Positions 26,780-41,462 of a stretch of DNA of 64,000 nt are shown here, in pieces. The stretch's first letter is position 1, and each line of letters opens with the position of its first letter. The notes under the pieces are model-generated. The model searched no databases, was not told the origin of the DNA, and saw only the letters and a program-made list of their open reading frames with translations. The DNA comes from Hormiphora californensis (lineage: Eukaryota > Animalia > Ctenophora), in NCBI GenBank assembly GCA_020137815.1, contig CM035359.1, positions 5,146,001-5,210,000 on the forward strand, in the 5' to 3' direction. The position numbers and the translations under genes are program-made.

Positions 26780-26810
26780 ATTCGCCCGTAGGGCGAACGG
26801 GTTTACTAGT
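26780..26810 (+). mobile_element. Probable Helitron 3' terminus
   Basis: GC-rich hairpin TTCGCCC-GTA-GGGCGAA followed by CTAG|T at 26806-26810. The 5' end was not located. Confidence 0.5.
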
Positions 26811-28241
26811 TGGAGTAAAGTAAATAAAGAAAACTAAAGATCTCGTTTGATGGTGAGAAAAGCTTTGCTTTAGGTACCGTTGGCTGTTTGCCAAACCATA
26901 AAGACAGACCCTAACGGCTGGATTGCAGTGACCATGATAGATCTATGATATTTAAATGAACTCTGAAAGGTGAAAATAGAAAATCCCTTTGATCTCTCAC
27001 ACTCTTATTTTCAATCTCTCTCACTCTCTCTTTCTCTCTCCTTTACCCCTCCTCTTCATCCCCTCTGTAGCGTCTTTGGTCCCCCTTTTTTTTCTTCCTT
27101 TTGCTCAAAAGTTAGTTGTTTAGGATGGAAAAGACCCTTCACCTTTTTAAATAGGTTGACTTTACCAAAATTGGGTTAACCGGGAAAAAACATTCTGCGA
27201 ATACTCTGGTCTTCAAGTAGGCCCTTGGTAAGTTCCAGATTTTAGGTAACAGGGAGGACGAGTTGCCGGATCTGGGAATCCCTTACCTATCCTTCCTAAT
27301 AAAAGGTCCTTCCTTCGGTTCATCCGCGATTATTTACCGTAAAAGACTCTCTGAATCTTCTAGTACCAACCGGCGAGACGAACAAAAAACTTGCTTGAGC
27401 CTTATCCTTTTCGTCCGGCGATTGCCGGGTCCGGTCCCTTTCTCTCTCTCGTCTCTCCCTCTCCCCACTCTCTCTCTGCTCCTCTCTCTCCCCTCTCTCT
27501 TTCTCTGTTATAGCTTGTATTGGGCAACCCCCTCTTTCTCTCTATTATGAGGAAGTCAGGCCGTATCCTCCTACGTAAATCAGACACTCGTGAGCACTAC
27601 TACTTCCAACACGCGACACACAGGTTAACAAATCCCATTTTTAAACGATTTCTTTAGATTTAGTTTTTAAACACACTCTTTTCTTTTAATTCTATGGAAA
27701 ATGAGATTTGCAAATCACTCCCTATCAAATCGTGAGGATTCTATAACGATACTTACTACGTCATAACGATGATGATTATACTATTGCAGCTTCTCTCCCC
27801 ATCGATCAACCATGCGGTTGAAATAGTTCGATCATCATCACGAATGACCATTCGCAACCGGCTGTTCGTCCGCTTTATAGATCTGTAGAGAGATGGGAGA
27901 GGGCTGGTTATTCTGTTTAGAGATAGAGGGGGAGAGAAGGGAGTTGAGGGTTAGTCATCCTTTCTATTATATCTCTAGATGGCGGAGGGAGGGTTCGGTT
28001 TGTTAATTTCTATACAGTTTTCATAAAACTGGGAGAATCGGCCTCCCTCTCTTTGGAGTTGTTTACTGCAATATATGAGCTTTATCCCTATATTTTCTAG
28101 ATTTGGCGCCCTATGTTCTAGACTTTGGCTCTTGCTGATAAGCGTTTTATATTATGTATCTGATTGTAGTGTTACATTACGGTTGGTTCAACCAGTAATG
28201 GGCAGGTTATCAGTGAGAGAGAGAGAGAGGGGGGAGAGAGA

Positions 28242-28339
<98 letters not shown>

Positions 28340-30166
28340 AAGCGATATTTGGTGTTATCGAGGCATCTAGGGGAGTGTCATCTTACAACGGGTGCAAGTA
28401 GGTGCAAATAAAAAACAATCCATTTTCATATTCCAAGAATTATTTGAAGGTTAGCCGCAAGATAACGTGCTCTAGACACACAGTGATTTATTTCGTTATC
28501 AAAAATGAATACTTTGTCAATTAAAATTTACTAATTAAATAATATATTCTCGATAAATTATTACTTCTGGCCCGCTAACTTATCATTATGATGATCTAGA
28601 CACAGATAAGAGGGAAGGAAACAGGGAGCATATTTATTGTCACAGCTCGCGGTCATTGCCAGTCACAGATAGGGGAGAGAAAAGGAGGTTGAGCCCATGG
28701 GGAGGCGTGTGTGTGAGAGAGTTTTATGTGAATCTATGATCGTTAACAAGGTTACTGAATGAATTACAGGGCTCTCTTTTTAATACATATTATATGGTGT
28801 ACTGGGGCCAACGCCCTTGCCCCTCCTAACTCCTTACACCTGAATCTAGTGTGTACTCAATGCATGGGATGAATCTTAAAACCTGATTTCTTATAGGAGG
28901 GTCACGTGACTTGAATGAATAGCTGTGATTGGTTGAGAGGAGATCACGTGACTTTAATACTGGGCTGTGATTGGTTGAATGGTAAATTAAAAGCACAATG
29001 GTGCTGTCATCGTAAAAAGCACACACACACACACACACACACAAGGTACTAGGTAATGTAGAGTTTACACAGGGAAAATGATCTGAGTCTTTGTGAAAAA
29101 GAACGTGTCCTAGACTATCAGAGTGAATCAACTAAAAGAGTATACAATTACAATTTTTTATCATCAAATTCCATTTTCCAATGAATGGATGATTCCTTTT
29201 TCAATAAATTATATGGCCCAAATGCATGGAGGTCCATTAGAGGAGTTGTCTGTGTGAAGCTAGTGCAGTAAACAATTCGGTGCATGACCTAATATACAGC
29301 GGAGGTGAATCATGATTGAGAATATGTAATGAGAACCCGATAAGATTCCTCTGATGACCCCAGCTAACCCCCCCCCCCCCCCCCCCGGCTGAGCGTCTAG
29401 AATGATCCTTGGGAATCAAACTAATCTAATCACGAGGAGTAGGTCCAGTGAACATTCTAAAAATAGAATGTAGATTCCTTAATGTCGCAGAATTGAGAAT
29501 ATTCATTATTCATAGGACAGGAATTGGACAAGCTCCCCGAAACTGCGGATTGAGCAGTCTCCTCAAAACTATATTTGTTTCTGTAGGACAGGAATTCGAT
29601 AGTAATTTGAGATATAATCAACACAGTGATAGCCCCAATTGCTATTATTTTGCCCTATCATAAACTTTTCCAATAGTTAATTGAAGCCACTAATATGTTC
29701 AAATTATATTCATAGTTGAATACTATTTGCAGGTGGAATCTAGTGCTCACTCTTGCACTCTCAAATTAAAACTTTCTATTCGCTCACGTGCAGACGCCTG
29801 GGAAGATTTGGAAAAAAAGAGGCGGAGTTTTGCACGCATATAACACATTCCCACTTTCTATCTTTCTATCACTCTCCCTCTTTTTTTCTTCTTTATTTCT
29901 CGCTCTATTTCTCTCTGCTACATAAAGTCTTACATCATCAGTAGATTTATGTGCGGAAACTGGACCACTAAAACCTTACAGAGAGAGAAAGGAAGACAGA
30001 GAGAGAAAGAAAGAGAGAGACGAGGAACGAGACTGTAGTATAATATCCCTAGTGTGTCGTAATGCATAGAGATACAGTTACGTGTAACAAGTGAATTATG
30101 ACATAATTATTTTGCTTCTCTATAGACAGTAAGAGTAACCGCCCTTCCACATGCGGGACTGAGAGA

Positions 30167-30242
<76 letters not shown>

Positions 30243-30262
30243 AGAGAGATAGAGAGAGAGAG

Positions 30263-30302
<40 letters not shown>

Positions 30303-30320
30303 GAGGGACAGAGAGAGAGA

Positions 30321-30371
<51 letters not shown>

Positions 30372-30380
30372 AAAGAGAGG

Positions 30381-30455
<75 letters not shown>

Positions 30456-30853
30456 AGGATTATCCAGCATTAGGAACCGATATATTCACAGCTCTTACTG
30501 AGTGCTGCATGACTAACAGTTATTCATTCAATACACGAACTTTTATAATGTAGATCGTGAATTGCTGAGTTAGACATAGAAATAGATATAAACTGGATCT
30601 TGAGAGAGTTCTATAGAACAAAGTCTGTGTCGTGTGACGCTTCGGTCACTATTATATAGTGTGCTGATCGGTAAGAATAAAGGGAAAATCCCTAGATAAT
30701 CAAGAACATGCAATAGGGATATATCAACTGATCTATCTAGATCGAGTGATCTATATCAAAGAAGTCATGACTCAGGACAGACTTCACTCCGACCAGATCC
30801 GACGCAAATCTAAGTGAGTGAATCACTCAGAGTGAATAACGTGAAACTCTTAC

Positions 30854-33409
30854 CGTTACGTAGTCAGAGAAAGGACCGTACCCCACACTCGTTTTAGCAG
30901 CAACTTCAACCCAAATAGGCAACTTGTCCTCTGACATGGGTATCTGGATGGGGGGGAGATGTTAAATTTGTTAATTAAATAAATAAATTAACTAATTAAA
31001 TTCAATATGAACATTAGAATTGAGAGATAAGGGGGTACCTCCAAAAAGTTATCCTGTCCTTGAGCTGTGTACTCCTTAGAGGCGGTGGATGTGGAGCTTT
31101 TCGTGGCGGAGGACTCCGGGTCAGAGAAGTAAATCTTGATCTGGGAGAGAGAAAGAAAGGTTTATCATACTTCCATATTTGGTCATTTAATGACGTCAGT
31201 AACACCCATATATGGGCATAACATACCTTATATCCAGTTAGTTTTCCGTTCGTATCCCGGGGAGGTGGAGCGATCCAGGATACTTGTACAATACTATCAT
31301 CCGGGACATGGTCCACTCGAACATTACGGGGTGATGCTGTAATGAGGTGGGGTGTTAGAAGGGGTGATGCTGTAATGAGGGGAGGGGGTGTTAGAAGGGG
31401 TGATGCTGTAATGAGGGTGGGGGGGGGGGTAAAGTCGGATTGAAAGTGGTGATGAAGCCCCACGGCCCCTTTCCTTTTTCTCTTCGAAAACAGGAAGCAT
31501 TTGGTCATTAGGAATAAATTATTTTCCCTGTTATTATCTCAGTCTAGACTATCAGAGTTTTACTATTTTAAACGCATAAATTTACTCAACAGCCGTTCCG
31601 TGTAATCGAGGACCTGTCACCAACGAATATACTAAAACAAACCCCCCTCTTCCTCTATGTACCACTATATCACTAATCACTGTATCCTTCGATTTCCTAA
31701 ACAATAAACCGCCGTCCGCCACTGCTCTAAGCTGATCGTCCCTGCTCTACAGACACAGCAAAAAGGCTCGAAAAGATTAGGGTTAGAAGTTACTATTCAG
31801 CAGTTATAGCTGCCTTTTATTACTACCTACATCTGACAGAAATATATCCTGTGGATAGAATATATCTCGCATAGGGAAGGTCTCTAAACTTAATTTACCC
31901 AACTAGAGAGGGAGATGGAAAGAGAGAGTGAATAAAAGACAATCACGAGAGGAAGAAAGATAGGAAGAGATAGGGAGAGAAAGTAAGAGAGGGGGGTTAG
32001 AGAAAGAGGGGGAGTGAGAGAGAGGGGGAGAGTGAGAGAGAGAGAGAGATAGGGAGAGGGAGATAGATAGATAGAGAGAGGGAGGGAGCAAATTGAAGGT
32101 GTAAGGAAAGTTAGTAGAGTGTGCAGCTACTTCCTTGAGAAGAGAAAGGCAGGGAGATAACTATAATAGAACGACGGAGAGAGAAAGATAAAACGATAGA
32201 GAGGGAGAGAAAGATAGAAAGAGGCAGCGGGAGAAAGATAGAAAGAGACAGCTGGAGAGAGATGGAAAGAGACAGGGAGAGAAAGATAGAAAGAGGGAGA
32301 AAAAGACAAGAATACAAGCTACAGTTCTTTGTTAGCAGGACGGACACTGACACAATTTCAAAAACCGAAATCAGCCTTCAAGCAACTTGTTAACGAGAAC
32401 AAAACCATTCGTACCCGCCATCCAAGCTATCAATCCCGACCAATTGGGACACCCCCCCCCCCCCTCCGTCCTCCCCTCGTCCTTCCCTGATCACTTTACG
32501 AATGTGCCCAACCAAACCACCCCCCACCCGACCAGCAATATATTGTTTTACCTGAAGGAGCCGTTTCAAGAGTTGCAGCCTGAACCCCAATTGATGAGGG
32601 ACCTCGCCCTCTCTCATTTCGACAGAACATTCTAAAATCGTACAGTTTCGCTTCTTCCAGGTCTCCGATAACCGATATTATCGTGGCTGTGTTTCCATCT
32701 GAAAAGAATGGTGGGTGATATCTTTTATTTAGGATTTTGAAAAGGATGCTAGGTGGGTGATATCTTTTATTTAGGGATTTTGACAATTTTAAAGTTTCCT
32801 CATTGCTAGATCGTATGGCTAGTTTAAAGTTTCTCTCTATTTCCATGATTCTCTCTCTTCTCAGCTGTTGCGCCACCTGCATAACTGCAAAACAAGCTTC
32901 TTACTACCTTCCTGTTAAATTCCGGTGACATGATATATATGCAGCCAAGGGGAGGTGGGTGAGTTTAAAACCCAGTCTCTCCTCTCAGACGTGATACATA
33001 ATTACATGTTTAGGAGAACAATGAACATGTTATGGGAATACAAAGTTGGGGCCGGATAACCGCCCTACTGACGCCGGCCTTTTCCAGAAAACACGGGGAT
33101 AAATTATCCCAGCTGTTATCACACACCTTCTTCATTATTCTATCAGCTCACTTCATGGGGAGGAGAGATATATTTTTAGAGCCCGGTTATTTTCACCTAT
33201 ATTACCAGCTGGGTGGTAATTTGACGTGGACCACAATATACTGTTTTAATGGAACTAGAAAAACAGCATTCTATCATTTATAGTATCTATCCTTCCCTCT
33301 CTATCTCTCTCTCTCTTAGTATCTCTCTGTATTTCTCTCGTTTGCAATGCGGAGGTGGTTTGCAAGGTAAAATTAATTAAGATAGACAGGTAATTGCCAC
33401 CAAAATTCG

Positions 33410-33494
<85 letters not shown>

Positions 33495-34317
33495 AATAGA
33501 GAGAAACTTGCTTGGCGCCATCAGCTGCAGTGCGTGTGTTTCCACGTGTGTGTGCTAAACAGAAATTGCAAACTAAAATTAGGCGCTAACGTTGACACTA
33601 CAACTCCTACAAAAACTCCTATTCCTACATTTGAGGTTTGCGTCCAACAATTTCATAGGCTGCTAATTGGGTGGAATTGCCAACTGGGGTAATTCCAGAA
33701 AAACCTAATTTTTGTCCAAGTTCTACAGAAGACCAGTGCACAGTGATTTAACTCACCTCCTCTATCCACGGAGACACTCTTGAAAGATTTCTTGTCCCCC
33801 TCAGCTCTATATTCCACATTCCACTCCCCAATAGTTTCCCCAGTATCTGGCATGCTCCATATCACCCTGACCGAGGTGCCGTTGAAGGGCTCAACTTTCT
33901 CTATCACCGGACGGACTGAGGGGGAACCTGAAACAGAGAGCCGGTTAAATATTGTTAGGAGTGAGAGAGGGTTAAACATTGTTAGGAGTGAGTGAGGGGG
34001 AGTAATAGAAGGGATTGTCGGGGGGGGGGGGCTGAGTAATAGAGGGGATTGTTGGAGGTGAGTGTCCGACAGACAATATGCCCTCTTTCCTGGGGCAATC
34101 CAAACTCTACCTAATGAAACAGATTCCGACCTCTAAATATATTTTACCCTTTTTCAAGACAAGAAAGAGAAACTCAGGATCTTTAAAGATGCCCAATATA
34201 CCCCAATTATACCAAAACTGATTTTCTACACTTTACTGCTCGATATTTTCTTTTCGCATACTTTGTTTGCGAGAGTCCTACCATGGTGCGGTGTTTCAAA
34301 GAGACTAAAATATAGGC

Positions 34318-34406
<89 letters not shown>

Positions 34407-34475
34407 TTAGGTTTCAGGCTTTCGGTAACCCCCCCCCCCCCAATAGAACACACACGATGAAGAGGTTTGTAGCAG

Positions 34476-34538
<63 letters not shown>

Positions 34539-36226
34539 CCCCCCCCTATCTCTCTCTCTCTCTCTCCCCTCTCTTCCTTACCCTCATGCTGCAGGAATAT
34601 GAGACTGGTATGCTCAGAGGGCGGACTGTTCCCCGCCTTGTTACTTTGTATCACCCTGAAACTATAGGACTCCTCAAACTCCAGCCCATCAACTTTAAAC
34701 TCTGTTGATGCAGCAGGTACGTCCTGTTGGAAAGTATCATAATTAGTTAATTATCGTAATTATATAAGTTGATTAATTTTCAAAACGGGAACATATCTGA
34801 ATATCGATTTCTCGTGACTTGTTACAGAGAGAAATACGGCGATAAAGAAATCAGAGAAACCTAATGAGTTCTGTGTACGCAGTTTTTTTTGCAAGAAAAT
34901 AATATCGGAGAAGGGGAAGAAATATAAAATATGGAATGCAGTGAATGATAATTAGGTGTTTAATTTGAATTTATACATAGAAAACAACGATAATAAAAAC
35001 CAGGAAAATGCTTCCCACGCGAGAAAATAAAAAGTAAATTTACCGTTTTCCACCGCATCCACACTGAATCCTCGGTTTTATATTCCAACCCATAGTATAG
35101 AACGGGGGCGTATCCCGTGAACCCTCGTTCCCAGGTCAGGGTTACAAAACCGAGCTCTGACCCACTGGTGCTCTTCCCAAATAGGACAACGTGGAGATTT
35201 TGGGGTGGACCCGGCGATTCAGCTGAGAGAGAGAGGTGGTTTTAATATGATAATATGTAAAAATGTTAAAACATCTAAATTTCGAAATACAGTCCAAAAC
35301 ACAGTTGTATTACTTTGTTGTAAATTTCAAATTACATATATTAATTTTAGATGTACGTATCAGATAGCACATTTAAAAAAGTAATACATACATTACAACT
35401 TCCAGTAATTTGTGCACTGTCCCAGGAGGGGGCACTACCCTAGGTACACCTTATTGCTTACCTTTTATAATAAGAGCGCTGCTCGCCTTCTCTTGTACCA
35501 TTTTCCCGTTTTTGTCAAAACTCAGAATGGTGCAGGTGTAAGTGCCATTACTAGCAACCGTTACACTATCTATAACTAATACACTTTTATCGGACTGATA
35601 AGAGAGAAACCTAGGTTAGTTGGACTAGATATATATTACTAGGTGTATATTGTGTAGCTATGCTAGAGAACCAATGAGATCACTTGACTTATTAGACTAT
35701 TATTGACTATTATTAGACTATTATTGAAATACCTGTGGTGTGGCCTGTGCATCGTTAGAGGGCATGCTCCACGTCGGTTCGAACCCTCTGTTGTTGTTTC
35801 CCTCCTGAAGTAACATTGTTTGGGAGGTGTTGGGGGGGGACATGTTAAATTTGTTAACTTTGTTTGTGTTTTATTTTTACATTACGGGGTGCGGGAAACA
35901 GGGTCGAGCAATTGTTTTATATCATGTGGGAGGGAGAGGAATGAAACAAGGAGTCAGAAGAATGCGTTTGGATTTTAACAAAAAAGAGAGAGGCCTGTAG
36001 TAGAGAAAAAAAGATGTGTTACTTACCGTGTCGCATGTCAAGGTGACACTGTCGCCAATGGATGCCACTACATTTTCAGGAATAACTCTTATGCCAAAAA
36101 CAACTGAAAGGAATTTAATTGTTCTAGATGTTGTATTAGATAGGCAGACGATGATTCCAAATATCAAACAGATTCACGAGATAGTAACTTACCTGATATC
36201 AAGGGTAAAAGGAAAATAATGGACAT
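30854..36226 (-). CDS. Signal peptide + Ig domain + three FN3 domains (IgCAM/Robo/DCC-like cell-surface protein), extracellular part
   Basis: Phase-consistent exons 36226-36193 (MSIIFLLPLIS), 36103-36027 (VTLTC), 35804-35733 (W), 35594-35462 (NGTYTC), 35222-35044 (PGPPQNL..LTW), 34723-34582 (GL..YSFRV..NKAGNSPPS), 33927-33757, 32698-32552 (YDFRM..NERGRGP), 31336-31227 (PRNV..VSW..NGKLTGY), 31140-31039, 30943-30854 (VAAKTSVGYGPFS). Confidence 0.85.
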
Positions 36227-36440
36227 GATAGGTGATCCTAAATTCGGAAATGGTTAATAATTAAAAGTCAGTGCCTCAGTATGGTGCTGTTGATTTTTAA
36301 GTGTCAGCTTGGTTATGCCCGGGGGATGGCTAAAAAACAACTAACAATGACCATCAAGTAGGATTACAATGGAATATGGATACAAATTGAATTTGACTGG
36401 GGTCTGTTGGAGTTTAAGTTTAAGTTTACGCACAATTTAA

Positions 36441-37612
36441 GGCAGGTGAGTAGAACTTCGCTCCTAATAAAAGGCTGCAATAAAAGGCTGCAATAAAAGG
36501 CTGCAGAAAAAGGCTGCAATAAAAGGCTTCAGAAAAAGGCTGCAATAAAAGGCTGCATTAAAAGGCTGCAATAAAAGGCTGCAATAAAAGGCTGCAATGG
36601 ATCACATATCCAACTGGCAACTGGACTAAAGCACTAAAGCAGGAGATAAGTAGACCGAATCGTCCTCCCCTAATAGTGTTTTGTTTCACGTATCGGTTTC
36701 TACCATAAGCGGTAGAGAGACCGAATCACCCGCCCATAATTATAGTGATTCGTGCCTGGTATCCAACTAAACCATAGGCGGTAGATAGACGGAGATAGAG
36801 AGTTAGAGAGGTGAGAGTGAGAGATCCGAATCATGGACGACTAATCAAGTATTGTATCACGTTTCATGATATCCTCTAATTAATTAAATGAAAGGCGGTT
36901 ACCTATAATTTGACCTAATCGGTGCCAATACGTGATTACTGATTTTCTACCGTTATTCGCCAATAGTCTTTATGTACACAATTCAGTAGAGCGGAATCAC
37001 ACATAATACTATGATAGGTGAACCAAGTGGTTGGGTGGTTCACCTGTGATTGTGCTACACGCTCAATCAATAGATCTACCCTACCTCATTAGACCAACAC
37101 TCTCAGTAGTTACTGACTACCTCTACTGAATCGTGGATCGATACGGAAAGACTAATGGAGAATACATAGCGGTCGAGAATCACGTATCGGGACCGATGAC
37201 TCATCGGATGAGGTCTCATTGTCAATTGGTAACCGCTTTTCATTAGAGGATACCATGGTACGTGATACCATACCGTGATTCTGATTTTTCACACTCTCAG
37301 TTCTCACTCCTACTCGCTCTCTATCTCGGCCTCTCTCTATTGCCTATGGTCTAGTTGGATACGTGACACGAATCACTATAATAATTAGGGGAGGGTGATT
37401 CGGTCTCACTACAGCCGATACGTGATACGAAACACTATTAGGGGAGGACGATTCGGTCTATCCCCCGCTTTAGTCTGGTTGGATACGTGATCCCTTGCAG
37501 CCTTTTTCTGCAGCCTTTTATTGCAGCCTTTTATTGCAGCCTTTTATTGCAGCCTTTTATTGCAGCCTTTTATTGCAGCCTTTTATTAGGAGCGAAGTTC
37601 TACTCACCTGCC
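36441..37612. mobile_element. 1.17-kb non-autonomous DNA transposon with long TIRs and subterminal (AATAAAAGGCTGC)n arrays
   Basis: TIR GGCAGGTGAGTAGAACTTCGCTCCTAATAAAAGGCTGC at both ends, inverted similarity continuing for several hundred bp. 8-bp TSD CAATTTAA at 36433-36440 and 37613-37620. Confidence 0.9.
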
Positions 37613-38404
37613 CAATTTAAGTTTAAGTTTACGCACAAATTATCACAAAGTCACACAAATAAGATATACTTCGTCCCGCTCTTATGGAGGCGAGACACTG
37701 TGTTGAGACGCGCACAATGCGACGCGCATGCGACGCGCATTTTGGCATTGCGACGCGCACCCTGTTTTGAATTTCGAGTAAAACTGCCAAAAAAGTTGAA
37801 AAAAATTTGTCTCCAAAAGTTTCAATATCTTTTTTGTTTGACTTACGGCATGCTTGCGATCGAAAATAAGTTGGATAACGGTGGAGTAAAATCCCTTTTA
37901 TGGTCAAATTTTGACTTTTTTGGCAATAACTCTGTCATTTCTTGTCCACATCGCACAATCTTAGGGCCTTAGGCTCGTTGGGAAGAGAGTATCGAGGACT
38001 TAATCCAATGATTAAACGGTCAATAAAGTCAGGGCTAAATTTCTGAGGCTATGTTTAAAAAAGGCGTGTTTTGAAGCTTTCTGTGTAATTTCTTCGCCAT
38101 TGTAGCGCTGATTTTGATGTCCCGAGCTGTTATAGTCAAGCTTTCAATTTGAAGGAGCTCAATGCAAAATTTTCAAAAACGTCTCTACCAAACCTATTTC
38201 GTAGCAGATAGACAACCATACGCTTTCAAGTTAATTAGATATGTTAAAGTCGAACGCTGATTTACCAGCGTGCTCAAGGGAATTGAATAAACCAAAACCC
38301 AAATACATTTCCGTCTTCTCCAGCTGTACAAGTGTCCTGATTGTTAAAATATTTCTGTGAATCATCTGGCACGAGATAAACCTGAGATTTGTTGATAGTA
38401 ATCA

Positions 38405-40615
38405 ATGTTAGATTTACAAGATTTACAAATAAGTTTCAGTTACAATACACTATCATAACAACGCACTCAGCAAAAGCATCCGCGTGGGCATTGATGTGGC
38501 ATGAAAAAGTGAAGGAGTGAGGTGACCTAACTACCTTCCGTGAGTAGGGCCACAAGAGAGTTGTCCCGGGGGCTGGAGTATCCTCTTTACTTACTGGTGG
38601 TAGATCAGGGATAGTCGCAAGGAACTCCCCAAGCTTAATCTTCACGATCTCGACAGATTTGGCAAGTCGAACTTCAGCGGGCATTCTGTTAAATAACTGT
38701 GCTGCCCGAATACCAAATGAAGATTCACGTAGAGTCTGGACGGATTTCTGTGCTGGATTAATCATCCGTGGCATCCTAGCTTTTGGCCCGTGACAAATAT
38801 GGTCGTAGAAGGATATCCCGGTACTGTTCGGTGCTAGTCCAACGTATACTTTCCACAAGTGGATTATCATGTATCTCTCGCGTCTCCGTTGAACAGATAA
38901 AATTCCCAGCTGTGTCAGCCTTTCCCAGTAGTTAAGGCCTTGACATTCCGCAATTCTCCTGGTAAAGAATCTCTGTATAGTTTCGATCTTGATAACATCT
39001 CCGATCTTGGTTGGAGACCATAAGGGAGAACAGTATTCAAGTTTGGGTCTTAGCAGTGACTTGAGGAGAGTTACCATAGTCTTCTCGGAGCGGTCTCTGA
39101 ACACCCCAAGAATCCATCCTGCTAGACGTTTTGCCTCACCGGTGATGGTGTTAATGTGGGTAGACCATGATCCATCGTTTGTCATGTTGACTCCAAGATC
39201 TCTCACACAAGTAGTAGGTTCGATAGCTTCGCCTTATGGGGTGTAATACCTGTAATACTCCGAGTTGAAGGGCATCTCCCGGAGTTCTCTGGTCTTGTTG
39301 AGGGTGTAGTTTAGGACTTCAAACTTCTGCTCATGCAGCAGCATATTGTTTCTTCCCGACCATTCCGCTATCTGTTCCAGATTTTCTTGTAGGGCATCCC
39401 TGTCTTCCAATCCAGTATTTGCTTGGCGGCTTTTGGTGTCGTCCGCGAAGGTAAGCGTACCTCCCGTCGTCCGGGATACCAAGTCACACACATATATGAT
39501 GAATAGAAGGGGTCCAAGCACACATCCCTGGATGACACTACTGGTGACACTATCGGCCCTGGAGCATGCTCCGTCTATCACCACAGTGGGGATGTGTGGC
39601 AAGTGATTTGAAGAATAGTGAGGTTCATGAGTTGATTGAATGTTGTGATTGGGTCTATGTTCTCACCACTTTTGCACAACTCCCACAGACAGTCCCACTC
39701 AATATCAGTTAGTATTTCCCTCATTTTATTCATGTCTGCTTTGTGATAACAGACACCATAACATACCATCTATCAAATTGTTTGCTATAAATGTGAGTAA
39801 CGGTGGTCATATTATACCCTAGTGTTCCTACAACGGTCCGGTGATCTGAGATAGTATTGGACTTCAGTTTTGACAAAATAATCGGGTCTGTTGGTCAATA
39901 TTACATCTAGCAAACTCGAAGACCTGGTTGCCTCGTTCACAACTTGCGTTAGGAAATTTTCCTGGGTGAAGTTATCGGTTGCCTCTGTCGTCACATCCAT
40001 GTGTTTTCCCTCGGAGCTGTGGTTGTCCCATTCAAAATTCGGAAGATTCAGGTCACCCATAACAAATAGATCAGGAACGGTGCCAGTCTCAGAATGGTGA
40101 TCAATGAACAGTTGGAGCTTTGCTAATAGCGGTTGGTATTCCCCCGTTCGGTAGATTGATGCAATGACCGTGTGGCTTTTTCCAATGTATACAGCCACCA
40201 TGTTGTTATAGTCATCAGAATAAGAGGTTTTATCTGTGACTATTAGAGAGCTATGGGTGAACAATGCGCTTCCACCTCCTGTTCTAAACTCCCTGTCGGA
40301 CCTCCATAGATTGTAGCTCGGTATGGTAACTTGTGCATCTTCAACTCTTCCGTCCCACCATGTTTCGGTTAGTCCAATGGCTATTACAGGAAGGTGGGAA
40401 CATTTCACTTGATCAGCAAGATACCGCATTTTCCACTTAGTTTTACTAGTGGCTGCTGGATTCAGGCTCCTACCGTTAACAAGAAGTAGCGTAGATCCAG
40501 TCACTCCTCTTCCGTTTTGTCTGCCTATCTCGCTGCTTGGGTGAGGCCGGTTCCCAGAGGCAGGTTCCAAGATACATTTGTGTTTGCCTTCAACTGCTTG
40601 TTGACAAAGGACCAA
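38405..40615 (-). mobile_element. Degenerate, internally deleted CR1-group LINE (EN and RT fragments)
   Basis: EN motifs LTETW, GGGSAL, GDLN, LLDVIL (39812-40615). RT motifs SVIQGCVLGP, FADD (39234-39602) and RDLGV, RPKLEYCSPLW (38436-39206). Frameshifted; TTGTAAAT-type tail near 38410-38430. Confidence 0.88.
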
Positions 40616-40659
40616 AAGAACCGTGAATTTGATTTGATAGTGTCAATGACCTAAGAATG

Positions 40660-41462
40660 AAGGAAGGAAGGAAGAAGGAAGGAAGGAAGGAAGGAAGGAA
40701 GGAAGGAAGGAAGGAAGGAAGGAAGGAAGGAAGGAAGGAAGGAAGGAAGGAAGGAAGGAAGGAAGGAAGGAAGGAAGGAAGGAAGGAAGGAAGGAAGGAA
40801 GGAAGGAAGGAAGGAAGGAAGGAAGGAAGGAAGGAAGGAAGGAAGGAAGGAAGGAAGGAAGGAAGGAAGGAAGGAAGGAAGGAAGGAAGGAAGGAAGGAA
40901 GGAAGGAAGGAAGGAAGGAAGGAAGGAAGGAAGGAAGGAAGGAAGGAAGGAAGGAAGGAAGGAAGGAAGGAAGGAAGGAAGGAAGGAAGGAAGGGAAGGA
41001 AGGAAGGAAGGAAGGAAGGAAGGAAGGAAGGAAGGGAAGGAAGGAAGGAAGGAAGGAAGGAGGAAGGAAGGAAGGAAGGAAGGAAGGAAGGAAGGAAGGA
41101 AGGAAGGAAGGAAGGAAGGAAGGAAGGAAGGAAGGAAGGAAGGAAGGAAGGAAGGAAGGAAGGAAGGAAGGAAGGAAGGAAGGAAGGAAGGAAGGAAGGA
41201 AGGAAGGAAGGAAGGAAGAAAGGAAGGAAGGAAGGAAGGAAGGAAGGAAGGAAGGAAGGAAGGAAGGAAGGAAGGAAGGAAGGAAGGAAGGAAGGAAGGA
41301 AGGAAGGAAGGAAGGAAGGAAGGAAGGAAGGAAGGAAGGAAGGAAGGAAGGAAGGAAGGAAGGAAGGAAGGAAGGAAGAAGGAAGTAAGGAAGGAAGGAA
41401 GGAAGTGAGGAAGGAAGGAAGGAAGGAAGTGAGGAAGGAAGGAAGGAAGGAAGAAGGAAGGT
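40660..41462. repeat. (GGAA)n microsatellite of about 800 bp, with an inverted (TTCC)n tract at ~41567-41632
   Basis: Directly visible. Confidence 0.97.

Noticed and set aside
40657-41388. 243-aa KEGR-repeat ORF
   Set aside because: Translation of (GGAA)n.
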